Below, piece after piece: positions 8,797 through 17,626 of a stretch of DNA of 64,000 nt (positions within the stretch are counted from its first letter, which is position 1; every line of letters begins with the position of its first letter). The DNA comes from Candidatus Hadarchaeota archaeon. GTDB taxonomy: Archaea > CAYQAE01 > CAYVLA01. The DNA lies in NCBI GenBank assembly GCA_964452145.1, contig CAYVLA010000006.1:1-64000 (forward strand), given 5' to 3'. The position numbers were made by a program, and so were the translations under genes. The notes beneath the pieces are model-generated. The model did not search any database. It saw only the letters and a list, made by a program, of their open reading frames with translations, and was not told where the DNA came from.

Positions 8797-10347
8797 TTGG
8801 TTGGGAGAAGGAAGCCGGCGGGCCTCATGGCCAGGCCTGTTAGGCTGATGGGGTCGAGTCTATCTTGCGTGAGAAGTCTTCTGCAGGTCGGGGTCGACGT
8901 TTCGAGCCTCCTGTCGTCGTTGACAGCTTACTTCTCGAGGATTCTTGGCTCCGTGGCGGGGGTCATCTACTCCATCTTGGAGGTCGGTGGCAAGGTCGGC
9001 CAACTATCGATCACCAGATTCGAGACCCTCCCGATTCTGGACCTCTGGTCGGCCGGAGCCAGGGGTGAGGCCGAACAGCCCCCAGAACCACTTGGAAGGA
9101 TGATTGCCTCCTTCAGCTTCCGGGTGTCCCTAGCCAGGAGAAAGGCCATCCTCGCGGCCGGAGGGGTCTCCGCACAGGCCGCCAGACTCGCAACGTTCCC
9201 GACTCAGATCCCTTTGCTTGGACCCATATCCAGCCCGGAAATCCAGCCCGGCTCAGCTATTGCCGCGGAACGCCCAAAGGGCGTATCGGCGAACTTGGCC
9301 GAGATGTCCAAGGTCGTTGGGGTGAGGCTGGCCCGGCCGATGAGAGCCACAGCTTCGGCTTCAAGGGCAGCGAGAGCTAAGATGGGGCTCGTCCCCTTCG
9401 TCGGGCCTGCGCCTCTGGGGCCGCAACCAACCCGAACGCTTCCTGGACCAGCCGAGATCGGCGAAGCTCATCCCACAGAAGCCGCCCCGGCGTCGTCCCC
9501 CTCCATGCGTGTGAGAGCGGACCAAGCCTCTGAGCGATCACGTCCGAGACGTCAAAGAATCCTCGCACCGATGGCTTTGGGGATGATCGGGCCCGTCAAA
9601 GCTCTGCCGCCCAGCCGGAGGCCACGTTGGGCACAGCCCAGACAGCTGCCTAGAAGCATCGGTGAGCCACGAGAGATCAGCCCGGTTCGCGCCGCTGAAG
9701 GAGAGCCGACCAGGAAGACGACGAGGTTCTACCCTAAGCCCTCCGTCATGGAATCCGCCCTCAAACGAGTCCTTCCCGCCGCGAGCGCAGCATCCCTTCT
9801 GGCCGCGATCACCCGCTTCGAGCCGGGCCACGCTGGTGGACCGCCGGAACCGGTCCTCGGAGAGGCCCCCGTAACGATACCATCGCCCATCACGGCAGTT
9901 CGTCCAGAAGGCACCGCCCCCGGTGAGAGAATTGTCTTGCAGCCTTCGCACGAAGTCGCCGCTGCTTTGGGCAGGATCGAAGCCCTCGTTAGCCAGACGA
10001 TGAAGGCAGTACTGCTTCCCCTAGCTGCCGCGGCGCAGCTGGCGCCTCCCACCGTCCACCCCCTGGCGGGGCCACCGATCTCCTTGCCAAGAGGCAGCCT
10101 GATCGGCCCTCCTGGCCCGGCCCAAGAGGCCCTGATCGTCGAGGAGCCGGCTCGCCATTTCCATCCACAGCTGGAAAGGCCTCGTCCACGCCTCAGACCG
10201 ATAAGCCCCACGGTACAGAGCGACATAAGGGTCACAGTATCGGGTGAGACCGAGGAGGATCTTAGGGATCTGGAAAAGAAGATATCTCGAATCCTGTCCG
10301 AGCAGGTCCGACGGTACTACGGATACGCAGGTTTCGAGGAGGCCTAG
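8797..10347 (+). CDS. Pro/Ala-rich protein in the tape-measure gene position
   Basis: Between chaperones and tube initiator; C-terminal IRVTVSGETEEDLRDLEKKISRIL resembles tape-measure C-termini; start uncertain. Confidence 0.55.
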   Translation: MVGRRKPAGLMARPVRLMGSSLSCVRSLLQVGVDVSSLLSSLTAYFSRILGSVAGVIYSILEVGGKVGQLSITRFETLPILDLWSAGARGEAEQPPEPLGRMIASFSFRVSLARRKAILAAGGVSAQAARLATFPTQIPLLGPISSPEIQPGSAIAAERPKGVSANLAEMSKVVGVRLARPMRATASASRAARAKMGLVPFVGPAPLGPQPTRTLPGPAEIGEAHPTEAAPASSPSMRVRADQASERSRPRRQRILAPMALGMIGPVKALPPSRRPRWAQPRQLPRSIGEPREISPVRAAEGEPTRKTTRFYPKPSVMESALKRVLPAASAASLLAAITRFEPGHAGGPPEPVLGEAPVTIPSPITAVRPEGTAPGERIVLQPSHEVAAALGRIEALVSQTMKAVLLPLAAAAQLAPPTVHPLAGPPISLPRGSLIGPPGPAQEALIVEEPARHFHPQLERPRPRLRPISPTVQSDIRVTVSGETEEDLRDLEKKISRILSEQVRRYYGYAGFEEA

Positions 10348-10350
10348 AGA

Positions 10351-10854
10351 TTGAGGATGAAGCTGGACGACATCGACCTCATAACGCGGTCCGATGAGGA
10401 CGGCGTGATCAAGGAGATCCGGAACATAGTCAACCTCTCCGTCTCCGGAAAGCGCAAGATCGTCGAACTCAAGATTCCGGGCTCGGATAGCAACGTCTTC
10501 CAGGACCTGGGACGGAACCCGGTGAGGATATCCGTTGAGGGAAGCCTCGTCGGCCCCGATGCGAGGACCACGTTGGGTGAGTTGAAGGCGAAGTTTGGGC
10601 TTGGAAAACCGATTCCGTTTTCCTCCGACATCAGCCCGGTTGACGATGTCTCCGAGGTCGTCATCGAAGACTTCTCGGCAACTTTCAGGAACACGGCTCC
10701 GTCGGGATGCCGATACACCATGGTCCTGAGAGAGCATCCACCGGAGAAGGGCCCCGGGGAGACCAAGCCCCCGAGCCAGGAACCCAAGGCCGCAGAAGAG
10801 GTCCGCCAGAGAGTAGGGAAGATCGCTGACGATCTCAAGAAGGTCCCGGGGTAG
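10351..10854 (+). CDS. Tail tube initiator (DNA_circ_N / P2 gpU-like)
   Basis: IVELKIPGSDSNVFQDLGRNPVRISVEG motif; located after the tape-measure slot. Confidence 0.75.
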   Translation: MRMKLDDIDLITRSDEDGVIKEIRNIVNLSVSGKRKIVELKIPGSDSNVFQDLGRNPVRISVEGSLVGPDARTTLGELKAKFGLGKPIPFSSDISPVDDVSEVVIEDFSATFRNTAPSGCRYTMVLREHPPEKGPGETKPPSQEPKAAEEVRQRVGKIADDLKKVPG

Positions 10855-10855
10855 A

Positions 10856-11839
10856 GTGATGCTGCGCCCAGATTTCTCTGTCCAGATCGGTTCCCAGGGC
10901 ATAGATGCCCAGGACGACGAGGTGGTCAGCCTAATCGTGAGGCGCAGCATGGGGCTGCCGATCGATAGCTGCGAGGTACAGCTCGCGAGAGGCACCGAGC
11001 TGGAGTTCGAAGGGCGGGACCCCGTGGATGTGAAGATGGGCTATGACGGGAAGCTGGAGAAGGTATTCAGCGGATCCCTCGACAAGGTCGAACACCGGAT
11101 CGATGGCCTGACCGTCACGGCCCTCGGGCCCTGTTCACACCTTCTCCGCCTCAAGATCAACAGGGTCTTCTCCAGCCAGACGGCGGGCAAGATCGTGCGG
11201 GCTCTGGCCCAGGAGGCCGGAGTGAAGATGAAGGACGCCTCAGACGGCATAAGCCTGCCCCTCTACGTCATCGACAGCAAACTGAACGCCTATCAGCACG
11301 TCCTCAGACTGGCCCAGCGATGCAACTTCGACGTCTATGCTGACCTAGACAGACGGATGCTGTTCAAGGAGCGCACACCGGGCAAGAACCACACCCTGAA
11401 GTACGGCAAGGATATCATCAGCGCAAAGGTCCAGGACCTAACACCTCGCTACACGGCCACACTGGTTCGGGGGGAAAGCCCCTCCAGCTCCAAGGGCTCG
11501 GACACATCCACGTGGCTGACCAAACAGGACATCAAGGGCGAGGCTGGCAAGATTGACCGAAAGGAAGTCCTCGTCCTGCGCGATCCAGCTATAAAGGACA
11601 AGCAAACGGCTGAGAACGTTGCCAAGGCGAGGCTTGAGAGAATCAGTTTCAACCTTAGGCTCACCGTAGAATGCGTTGGGTGGCCCAGCGTGGACCTTGC
11701 AGATATCGTTTCCATAGAAGAGGCCCCGCGCCCCGTGATGAACGCAAGTTTCGATGTCATGGGCGTCGAGCACCACCTGAGCAATGCGAAGGGCTTCACA
11801 ACCGCAATCATGGGGCGCGGGAAGGGTGAACAGAAATGA
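10856..11839 (+). CDS. Baseplate hub (P2 gpD / gp27-like, VgrG N-terminal equivalent)
   Basis: VDVKMGY..VFSGSLDKVE, IVRALAQEAG, LRLAQRCNFDVY, LKYGKDII, VMGVEHHLSNAKGFTT. Confidence 0.88.
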   Translation: MMLRPDFSVQIGSQGIDAQDDEVVSLIVRRSMGLPIDSCEVQLARGTELEFEGRDPVDVKMGYDGKLEKVFSGSLDKVEHRIDGLTVTALGPCSHLLRLKINRVFSSQTAGKIVRALAQEAGVKMKDASDGISLPLYVIDSKLNAYQHVLRLAQRCNFDVYADLDRRMLFKERTPGKNHTLKYGKDIISAKVQDLTPRYTATLVRGESPSSSKGSDTSTWLTKQDIKGEAGKIDRKEVLVLRDPAIKDKQTAENVAKARLERISFNLRLTVECVGWPSVDLADIVSIEEAPRPVMNASFDVMGVEHHLSNAKGFTTAIMGRGKGEQK

Positions 11840-12699
11840 TGGATATGGTGGAGGCAATCAGAGGAATCGCACAGGAGGAGCTGAGGAACTTCAGGATGCC
11901 TGAGCTTGGCATCGTCACATCCATATTTCCGCATTCCAGCGATAGCGACAAGGATAACTACGAGTGCAACGTCAGGCTCAAGGAACCCGACCTCGAGCTT
12001 CGGCGCGTGCCCATAGCCACTCAGGTAATCGGGTTGGCGGGAATTCCACGCGTCGGAGACTTGGTCTTGGTGCTGTACGTCAATGGAGATGTCAACTCGC
12101 CCGTAATCGTTGGGCGGCTCTACAACGACGAGGACCGTCCGCCGGCGAACAAGGCCGAGGAGATCGTATACGTTGCGCCGTACAGCACCAACCCAGATGT
12201 CAGGCGGGTGTATCTGGAATTCCCCAGCGGCCTCACGCTTCAGATGACCGATGACGACGTGAAGCTCAAGGCTGGTGCAACGAGGGTGACGATATCGAGA
12301 AACGGGAACGTTACCGTCGAGTCGAAGGCAGATGTAACCATTGCGGCGAAGGGCGATGCCTCGATAAAGGCCGATGGGGAGATGAACATATCCGGCGCAA
12401 CCGTCAACATAAAGAGCGAACAGGACATGAGAATTGAGTCTGGCAGCAATTTGATAGCGAAGACCGAGATGAACACGATACTGGAATCCGGCAATGTTGC
12501 ACAACTGAAATCGAATGTGACTACGATGGAGTCACAAGACGCTACGATCATCCAAGCCGCGTCTCTCGTCGAGATGAAGTCAAAATCCAACCTAGTCCTC
12601 TCCGCCGGCGCCAATCTCCAAGCAAGCTCGGATGGGAACGCGGTACTCAAAGCGAATGGCAGTACCACCATTAAGGGTGCACAGGTGAGCATCAACTAG
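11836..12699 (+). CDS. Baseplate spike (gpV / gp5-like)
   Basis: OB-fold motif IPRVGDLVLVLYVNGDVNSPVIVGRLY, then ~8-residue beta-helix repeats ending IKGAQVSIN. Confidence 0.9.
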   Translation: MMDMVEAIRGIAQEELRNFRMPELGIVTSIFPHSSDSDKDNYECNVRLKEPDLELRRVPIATQVIGLAGIPRVGDLVLVLYVNGDVNSPVIVGRLYNDEDRPPANKAEEIVYVAPYSTNPDVRRVYLEFPSGLTLQMTDDDVKLKAGATRVTISRNGNVTVESKADVTIAAKGDASIKADGEMNISGATVNIKSEQDMRIESGSNLIAKTEMNTILESGNVAQLKSNVTTMESQDATIIQAASLVEMKSKSNLVLSAGANLQASSDGNAVLKANGSTTIKGAQVSIN

Positions 12700-12710
12700 G
12701 GGCGTTTCTT

Positions 12711-13130
12711 ATGGCAGTCGGGGAAGCTGTGGACAGGGATCTGAGACTGAGATTCGACCATGTGGGAGCGGACTTGGTCTCGGTGGGAGGGGACCTGAGA
12801 ACGGTTGCCCAAGAGCAGAATCTTGCCCAGGCAATCATCCACCGGCTCGCGACGGAGGAGGGCGAATTGGAGGATATCGGACATGCGGACTACGGCTCTC
12901 GCCTTTACAGCCTGGTGGGGGAAGCCAACAACGAAGCCACTAGGACAAGGGTGAGGAATGTCGTCAAGTTCTGCCTCTCGCAGGAGCCAAGGATCAAGCA
13001 TATAGACAGCATCGATGTAAGAGCAAGCCGCCAAGATGCTTCATGCCTCCTCATCGATATATCCGTTGTGCCCACTGAAGGCCTTCGCCCCCTGACCATA
13101 ACCTATCCATTCAGACTGGAGGTGGAGTAG
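12711..13130 (+). CDS. gp25/gpW-family baseplate wedge protein
   Basis: NLAQAIIHRLATEEGEL..GHADYGSRLYSLVGE, QEPRI. Confidence 0.92.
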   Translation: MAVGEAVDRDLRLRFDHVGADLVSVGGDLRTVAQEQNLAQAIIHRLATEEGELEDIGHADYGSRLYSLVGEANNEATRTRVRNVVKFCLSQEPRIKHIDSIDVRASRQDASCLLIDISVVPTEGLRPLTITYPFRLEVE

Positions 13131-14702
13131 CTGCTTGAAAGGAAGACCTATAGGCAGATAGCCAAGGACATACTGACCCAGATCTCCGGAGGGGAAGTGA
13201 CGCAGGATCTGGAGTACCTCTCTGGCAAGTCCCGATACCAACTCGAGAATACTCCTGTCAGCAGGATAACCCAAGTCAAGGGATGGTCGAGGGGACAGGA
13301 AAGGGTCTTCGAGGAGGGAACCGACTACAGGCTGAGCCGCGACAGCTTAGAGTGGCTGGCCAATGGTCTGCGACCCGACGAGGGGTCAAGATTCAGCGTT
13401 CACTATGCGTTCTCCAGGCCCTTCGGGCTGTCGGACGTGAGCTCGGGCAGCGTGATCAGAACCATCACTGAAGCGATAGGCCGCGAGATTGACTACCTCT
13501 ACTCGCAGATGGATCACATGCACATATCCGGCTTCCTCGACACCGCCACCGGCGAGGCACTGGACATGGTCGTGGCCATCCTCGGCATGAAGCGAAAGCC
13601 ACCCCAGCCTTCATCGGGCCTGGTCACCTTTGGTCGTGGCACGCCGCCCGAGTCCCTGACAACCACCGGGGAGGTTCATCTCTTCGACGGATCCTTGGAG
13701 TGTTCCCTGAAGAAACCGGCCGTAGGGGACATCATCAAGGTGGAGGGGACCGTTTCTGGGGCCGCCCATGTCTTTCAGCGAACAGCTGACTACGATCTCG
13801 TCGAAGGTCGTCTGAGATGGCTCCCAGAGGGCATGAGGCCCGACTCTAGGACCGTTTTCCGGATCGACTACACGAGCTTTGCCCAGATCCCCGTCCCGAA
13901 GGGCTCTGCGGTGGCGGTCTTCTCTCCAAGGCCCGAGGAAGCGATATCCTTCACCACCACGGAGGAGGTCTTCTTGAAGCCCCTGCCCGACGGGAGGTGG
14001 GAAGCCGACGCGCCGGTCATCTGCCAGGTCGCGGGCCCCAGGGGAAACGTCTTGGCTGGCGCGATCACGGTCATGCCCCAGCCGGTCCAGGGCATCGAGT
14101 ACGTCATCAACAAAGGCGACATAACCAATGGCGTAGAGCAGGAAGGGGATCAAGAACTCAGGGAAAGGGCAAGACATGCATTGGAGTTGGCTGGCCGAGC
14201 CACACTGCCTTCGCTTGAATCAGCCGTGCGCGCAGTGGAAGGTGTGAGGTCGCTGCTGATCGAGGACATGCCGGATAACGTCCCCGGGATCGTCAGAGTC
14301 ATAGTGGATGGAGGGGATCCGGATGAGATCATGAAGGTCATAAACGAGACAAGGGCCGCGGGGATTAAGGTGGAGTTCCTCAGACCGAAGACGGTCTACA
14401 TCGATGCATCCATGGTTCTTACGTTGCCTAAACACGCAGTTCCGGCCCAATCAACGACCGAGGCTGAGAGACTCGTCAGGAGCTACATATCCTCTTGCGG
14501 CATTGGCGAAGATGTGCTATTCTCAAGGATCATCGATGCGGCTCTCGCCGCCAGAGATGTTGCTGATGTGACCCAGGTCAGCATAACTGCTTACAAGGAA
14601 ACGGAAATCATCGAAAGCCAGAAGGAGAACATCACAGTCACCAGCCTTGAGAGGGCCGAGCCCAGGAAACTGACCATCGATTGCAGGGCCAAGCCCAGGT
14701 AG
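13131..14702 (+). CDS. Baseplate J / gp6-like wedge protein
   Basis: FLDTATGEALD, GLVTFGR, GPRGNV, GVEQEGDQELRER, RAAGI. In-frame upstream codons give LERKTYRQIAKDIL, so a CTG start at 13131 behind GGAGGTG is preferred over GTG 13197. Confidence 0.9.
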   Translation: MLERKTYRQIAKDILTQISGGEVTQDLEYLSGKSRYQLENTPVSRITQVKGWSRGQERVFEEGTDYRLSRDSLEWLANGLRPDEGSRFSVHYAFSRPFGLSDVSSGSVIRTITEAIGREIDYLYSQMDHMHISGFLDTATGEALDMVVAILGMKRKPPQPSSGLVTFGRGTPPESLTTTGEVHLFDGSLECSLKKPAVGDIIKVEGTVSGAAHVFQRTADYDLVEGRLRWLPEGMRPDSRTVFRIDYTSFAQIPVPKGSAVAVFSPRPEEAISFTTTEEVFLKPLPDGRWEADAPVICQVAGPRGNVLAGAITVMPQPVQGIEYVINKGDITNGVEQEGDQELRERARHALELAGRATLPSLESAVRAVEGVRSLLIEDMPDNVPGIVRVIVDGGDPDEIMKVINETRAAGIKVEFLRPKTVYIDASMVLTLPKHAVPAQSTTEAERLVRSYISSCGIGEDVLFSRIIDAALAARDVADVTQVSITAYKETEIIESQKENITVTSLERAEPRKLTIDCRAKPR

Positions 14703-14710
14703 TGAAGTCC

Positions 14711-15619
14711 ATGGACCGCATCGATCGAATCGCCAGCAGGCTGCCGCGGTTCTACAAGAGCTGGGACAAGGGTTCCCTTCTCCGGGCCCTTCTTGAGTCC
14801 GTGGGGCGCGAGCTCGACTTGTCGGAGCTGCGAATGACCGAAGTTATGAAGACGCGCTGGGTCGACACTGCAGAGGGAGAGGAACTGGACAGGCTGGGCA
14901 GATTGTTGTCCATGGCGCGTTTACCAGACGAGGAAGATGGCCGGTTCAGGCAAAGGCTGAAGAGGGGCGTCGAGGATTACAGGGGCGGAGGAACCGTGGC
15001 CACCATATCGGATGCGGTCCGAAGGCTGGTCAACGCTAGATCGGACGAGGACGTCGAGATCGTGGAGAACCCGCCTGCACCTGGGTCCGCCGAGTTCACG
15101 GTGGGCGCCGGTGAGAGATGGTTCCTCGCAAGCAACAGCATCGAGGACGCCCAACCGAGCATAACCCTGACCGTGGAGGAGGCAGGGGAGGTCAGCAAAC
15201 CGGAGATCACCAACCTCGACATTGCCGAAACGGTGACCTTCCAAGGAAAGCTCTCGGGAAAGCAGCAACTGAAGCTGAGCAGCGAGGGAGCCATGGTCGA
15301 CGGCAGGAAAGTCGCGAAGGGATCGATCCGGAATGACGTACCGAAGCTGCTTAGGAGAGGCTCAGTCTGGAGATACAGCGAGTCGCTGGGAAGGCAGGTC
15401 GGCGTCTTTGATGAAGCCAAGTTTGACGAGCAAACCTTCGCGGTGGCCGTTCCGCCGGTTCGAATCCTTTTTGAGTGGGAAAGGCTTCAGCCCGCGACAT
15501 TCGAGGTCCGGGTGGACCCCAAGTCCGTTGGGCAGGCCGATCTGAAGCATATCCAGCAGGTGGTGGATTCCCTTAAGGCCGCCGGAACCACCGCGCTGGT
15601 TAGAGTCAAGGAGCGGTGA
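14711..15619 (+). CDS. Baseplate wedge / P2 gpI-like protein with inserted beta-domain
   Basis: WVDTAEGEELDRLG..RLPDEEDGRFRQRLK..GGGT; C-terminal VDSLKAAGT; follows baseplate J. Confidence 0.78.
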   Translation: MDRIDRIASRLPRFYKSWDKGSLLRALLESVGRELDLSELRMTEVMKTRWVDTAEGEELDRLGRLLSMARLPDEEDGRFRQRLKRGVEDYRGGGTVATISDAVRRLVNARSDEDVEIVENPPAPGSAEFTVGAGERWFLASNSIEDAQPSITLTVEEAGEVSKPEITNLDIAETVTFQGKLSGKQQLKLSSEGAMVDGRKVAKGSIRNDVPKLLRRGSVWRYSESLGRQVGVFDEAKFDEQTFAVAVPPVRILFEWERLQPATFEVRVDPKSVGQADLKHIQQVVDSLKAAGTTALVRVKER

Positions 15620-15626
15620 TGCAGAA

Positions 15627-16289
15627 GTGGTGGAGTTCAAGCCAATAACGAAGAAGCCTGGTGAAGTGATCAGGTCCGAGGACTGGAACAAGATCCAGGA
15701 ACTGATCAGGAAGGATCTTGAGGATCTACAGAAAGGGATCCAGTCCCTAAGGGAGTATGTCGACAGCATGCAGGAAACGATTACTCTCCTGAACGTGACG
15801 AGCACGGTCGGAACCGACCATGCCCTCGATCAGATCTTGCCGGGCGAGAGCGCAAGCTATGATGCTGCCATAGTCGGGCTCATCACAAGGGAGTGGGTCC
15901 TTGCCAAGGGCCAGACGGGCGAGATATGCAGGTTCGGGATAGTGGAAACCATAGACTCGATAGACTACTGGGCTGGGGCCGAGAACGGCGACAGGAAGGC
16001 CTTGGAGGTGGTCCTCGACTACATGGACGGCACGCAGCACGTCTTTCCGGGCCTTTTCGTCCACGACCGATCGAAGCTCAGACCCAAGGGCGCGGACAAT
16101 CCCTATGTCGAGTATCTCCTCTCTCCTAACGAGTACGCCTGGTACAGGTATCGTCTGGCAAATCCCAACCCCGAGAAGGAAGTCCTAACGGTCAGCTTCA
16201 AGAATACGGACGCCGAATGCACACCGAGGATAGGGAATGTCCTGCACGCCAGGTCCAGGATCACCCCCTCCAAACCGCTTGCGAAGTGA
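15627..16289 (+). CDS. Putative tail fibre / baseplate-attached accessory protein
   Basis: N-terminal KPGEVIRSEDWNKI, short coiled coil, then a beta-rich domain; lies in the tail-fibre gene position. Confidence 0.45.
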   Translation: MVEFKPITKKPGEVIRSEDWNKIQELIRKDLEDLQKGIQSLREYVDSMQETITLLNVTSTVGTDHALDQILPGESASYDAAIVGLITREWVLAKGQTGEICRFGIVETIDSIDYWAGAENGDRKALEVVLDYMDGTQHVFPGLFVHDRSKLRPKGADNPYVEYLLSPNEYAWYRYRLANPNPEKEVLTVSFKNTDAECTPRIGNVLHARSRITPSKPLAK

Positions 16290-16295
16290 CCCCCA

Positions 16296-16994
16296 ATGCT
16301 GAGGGAGTTCGAACGAGCTGTTGATGAGGTCCTGAAGAAGAACCTTGAGGAGATACCCAAGGACAACATCCTCTTCGGCGAGGCTCCATCCAAACTGCCC
16401 GCGCTTTCCATCGGCAACATCGGCTTCCGGTTCGATAGTTCGGGCCTTGCCGAGGACGTGGAGCGGGGAAGGATTGAGAATGAGGAAGCCTTCAGCGGTG
16501 ACGGCTCCTCGAGTTCCTTCCGCCTGAAGGAGAAACCGATGGAAGAGAGCCTGCGAGTCGAGCACCCCTTGGGTAGGCCGCTCGCGGCTCGCGATGACTT
16601 CAGCGTCGACCTGGAGAAGAGCTCCATTGTCTTCAAGAAGCCCCCGGCCAAGGGCAAGGACAACATCCTGGTAAGGTACGTGGGTCAGAGAGGTATCGTC
16701 AGCCTCAAGGTCGTCAAGCTGAGGGCGGATTACTCCCTTGACGTCTGGCACACAGATAGGGAGAAGGCCGATCAGATCGCCGAGAAAGTCGTCAAGCTGC
16801 TCTTGGTTGCACAGAATGATCTCTCGGCACAGGGCTACGATCTGAGGCCAACGGAGGGGAACATGGAGGGAGGGCCCGATGGGAAGGCCACCGTGGTTCG
16901 CCTCAGGTACTCGATGGAGAGGGAGCTTCGCGTGGAGCAGGTTGTGGGCATCATAGAGAGAGTGGAGCTGTCCGGGAAGAGGCCCCTGTCGTAG
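16296..16994 (+). CDS. Tail terminator/cap-like protein with inserted beta-domain
   Basis: PSKLPALSI N-terminal segment and YSLDVWHTDREKADQIAEKVVKLL are typical of tail terminators; last gene of the operon. Confidence 0.6.
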   Translation: MLREFERAVDEVLKKNLEEIPKDNILFGEAPSKLPALSIGNIGFRFDSSGLAEDVERGRIENEEAFSGDGSSSSFRLKEKPMEESLRVEHPLGRPLAARDDFSVDLEKSSIVFKKPPAKGKDNILVRYVGQRGIVSLKVVKLRADYSLDVWHTDREKADQIAEKVVKLLLVAQNDLSAQGYDLRPTEGNMEGGPDGKATVVRLRYSMERELRVEQVVGIIERVELSGKRPLS

Positions 16995-17017
16995 GTCGTC
17001 TTCTTCAGCGCGGTGTC

Positions 17018-17560
17018 TTACCCCAGGGGGACGACGCGGTCAACGCGAAAGACGTCATCCGGAGGATCGCCTCTACAGATCAAGCTGATGCAGGATACGG
17101 TGAATTCGAGATGTCGCCACGCTTGTTGGAGACCCGGCAGCAACCTCTCCAGCGTTGCCCTTCCCCTTACCTGGCCTATGCTTAGGTGGGGCTTGTACCC
17201 ATTCTCGAATCTGGTCACTTCGTCGCAGTCAGGGAAGGCACCCAACAATCGATCTTGCAGTTCGACAATCGGCTCTCTGGGCTCCGGCGCCAGCCATGCC
17301 GTATACAGCCCGGGCGAGTGCTCGAAGTAGCTGAAGGTATCCAGACTCACCTCGAAACCTCTGGTGTCTTTGCAAGCTGACAGAAGCAGTCTGACAGATT
17401 GGCCGAAGGCCTGGCGAGGCCTGAAAGGGTACAACAGCGTGATGTGAGGCATCCATCGCCTTAGCTGCCGGTCATGCTTTTGCCGCAAGGCCTGGATGGA
17501 AGGCCATACGGTCTCGGGAGGTATGATCACCAAAGCGGTCGTGTACGTCTTGGACTCCAC
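17018..17560 (-). CDS. 2H phosphoesterase (2'-5' RNA ligase family)
   Basis: Two HxT/S motifs: PHITL and PHLSI. Confidence 0.88.
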   Translation of the reverse strand: MESKTYTTALVIIPPETVWPSIQALRQKHDRQLRRWMPHITLLYPFRPRQAFGQSVRLLLSACKDTRGFEVSLDTFSYFEHSPGLYTAWLAPEPREPIVELQDRLLGAFPDCDEVTRFENGYKPHLSIGQVRGRATLERLLPGLQQAWRHLEFTVSCISLICRGDPPDDVFRVDRVVPLG

Positions 17561-17626
17561 GGAAAGTCCTCGCCTCCAAGGCTGGTCAAAGGCGGTTCCC
17601 TGCATGGCGACGGTGAACCTATCGTC

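Noticed and set aside
13128..13130. Genome-wide amber recoding (pyrrolysine)
   Set aside because: TAG ends many genes at their expected C-termini and no pyl genes are in the window.
6438..16994. Prophage / provirus
   Set aside because: No capsid, portal, terminase, integrase, replication genes or att-like repeats were seen. The flanks are metabolic genes and the tail ORFs are intact with host-like composition.
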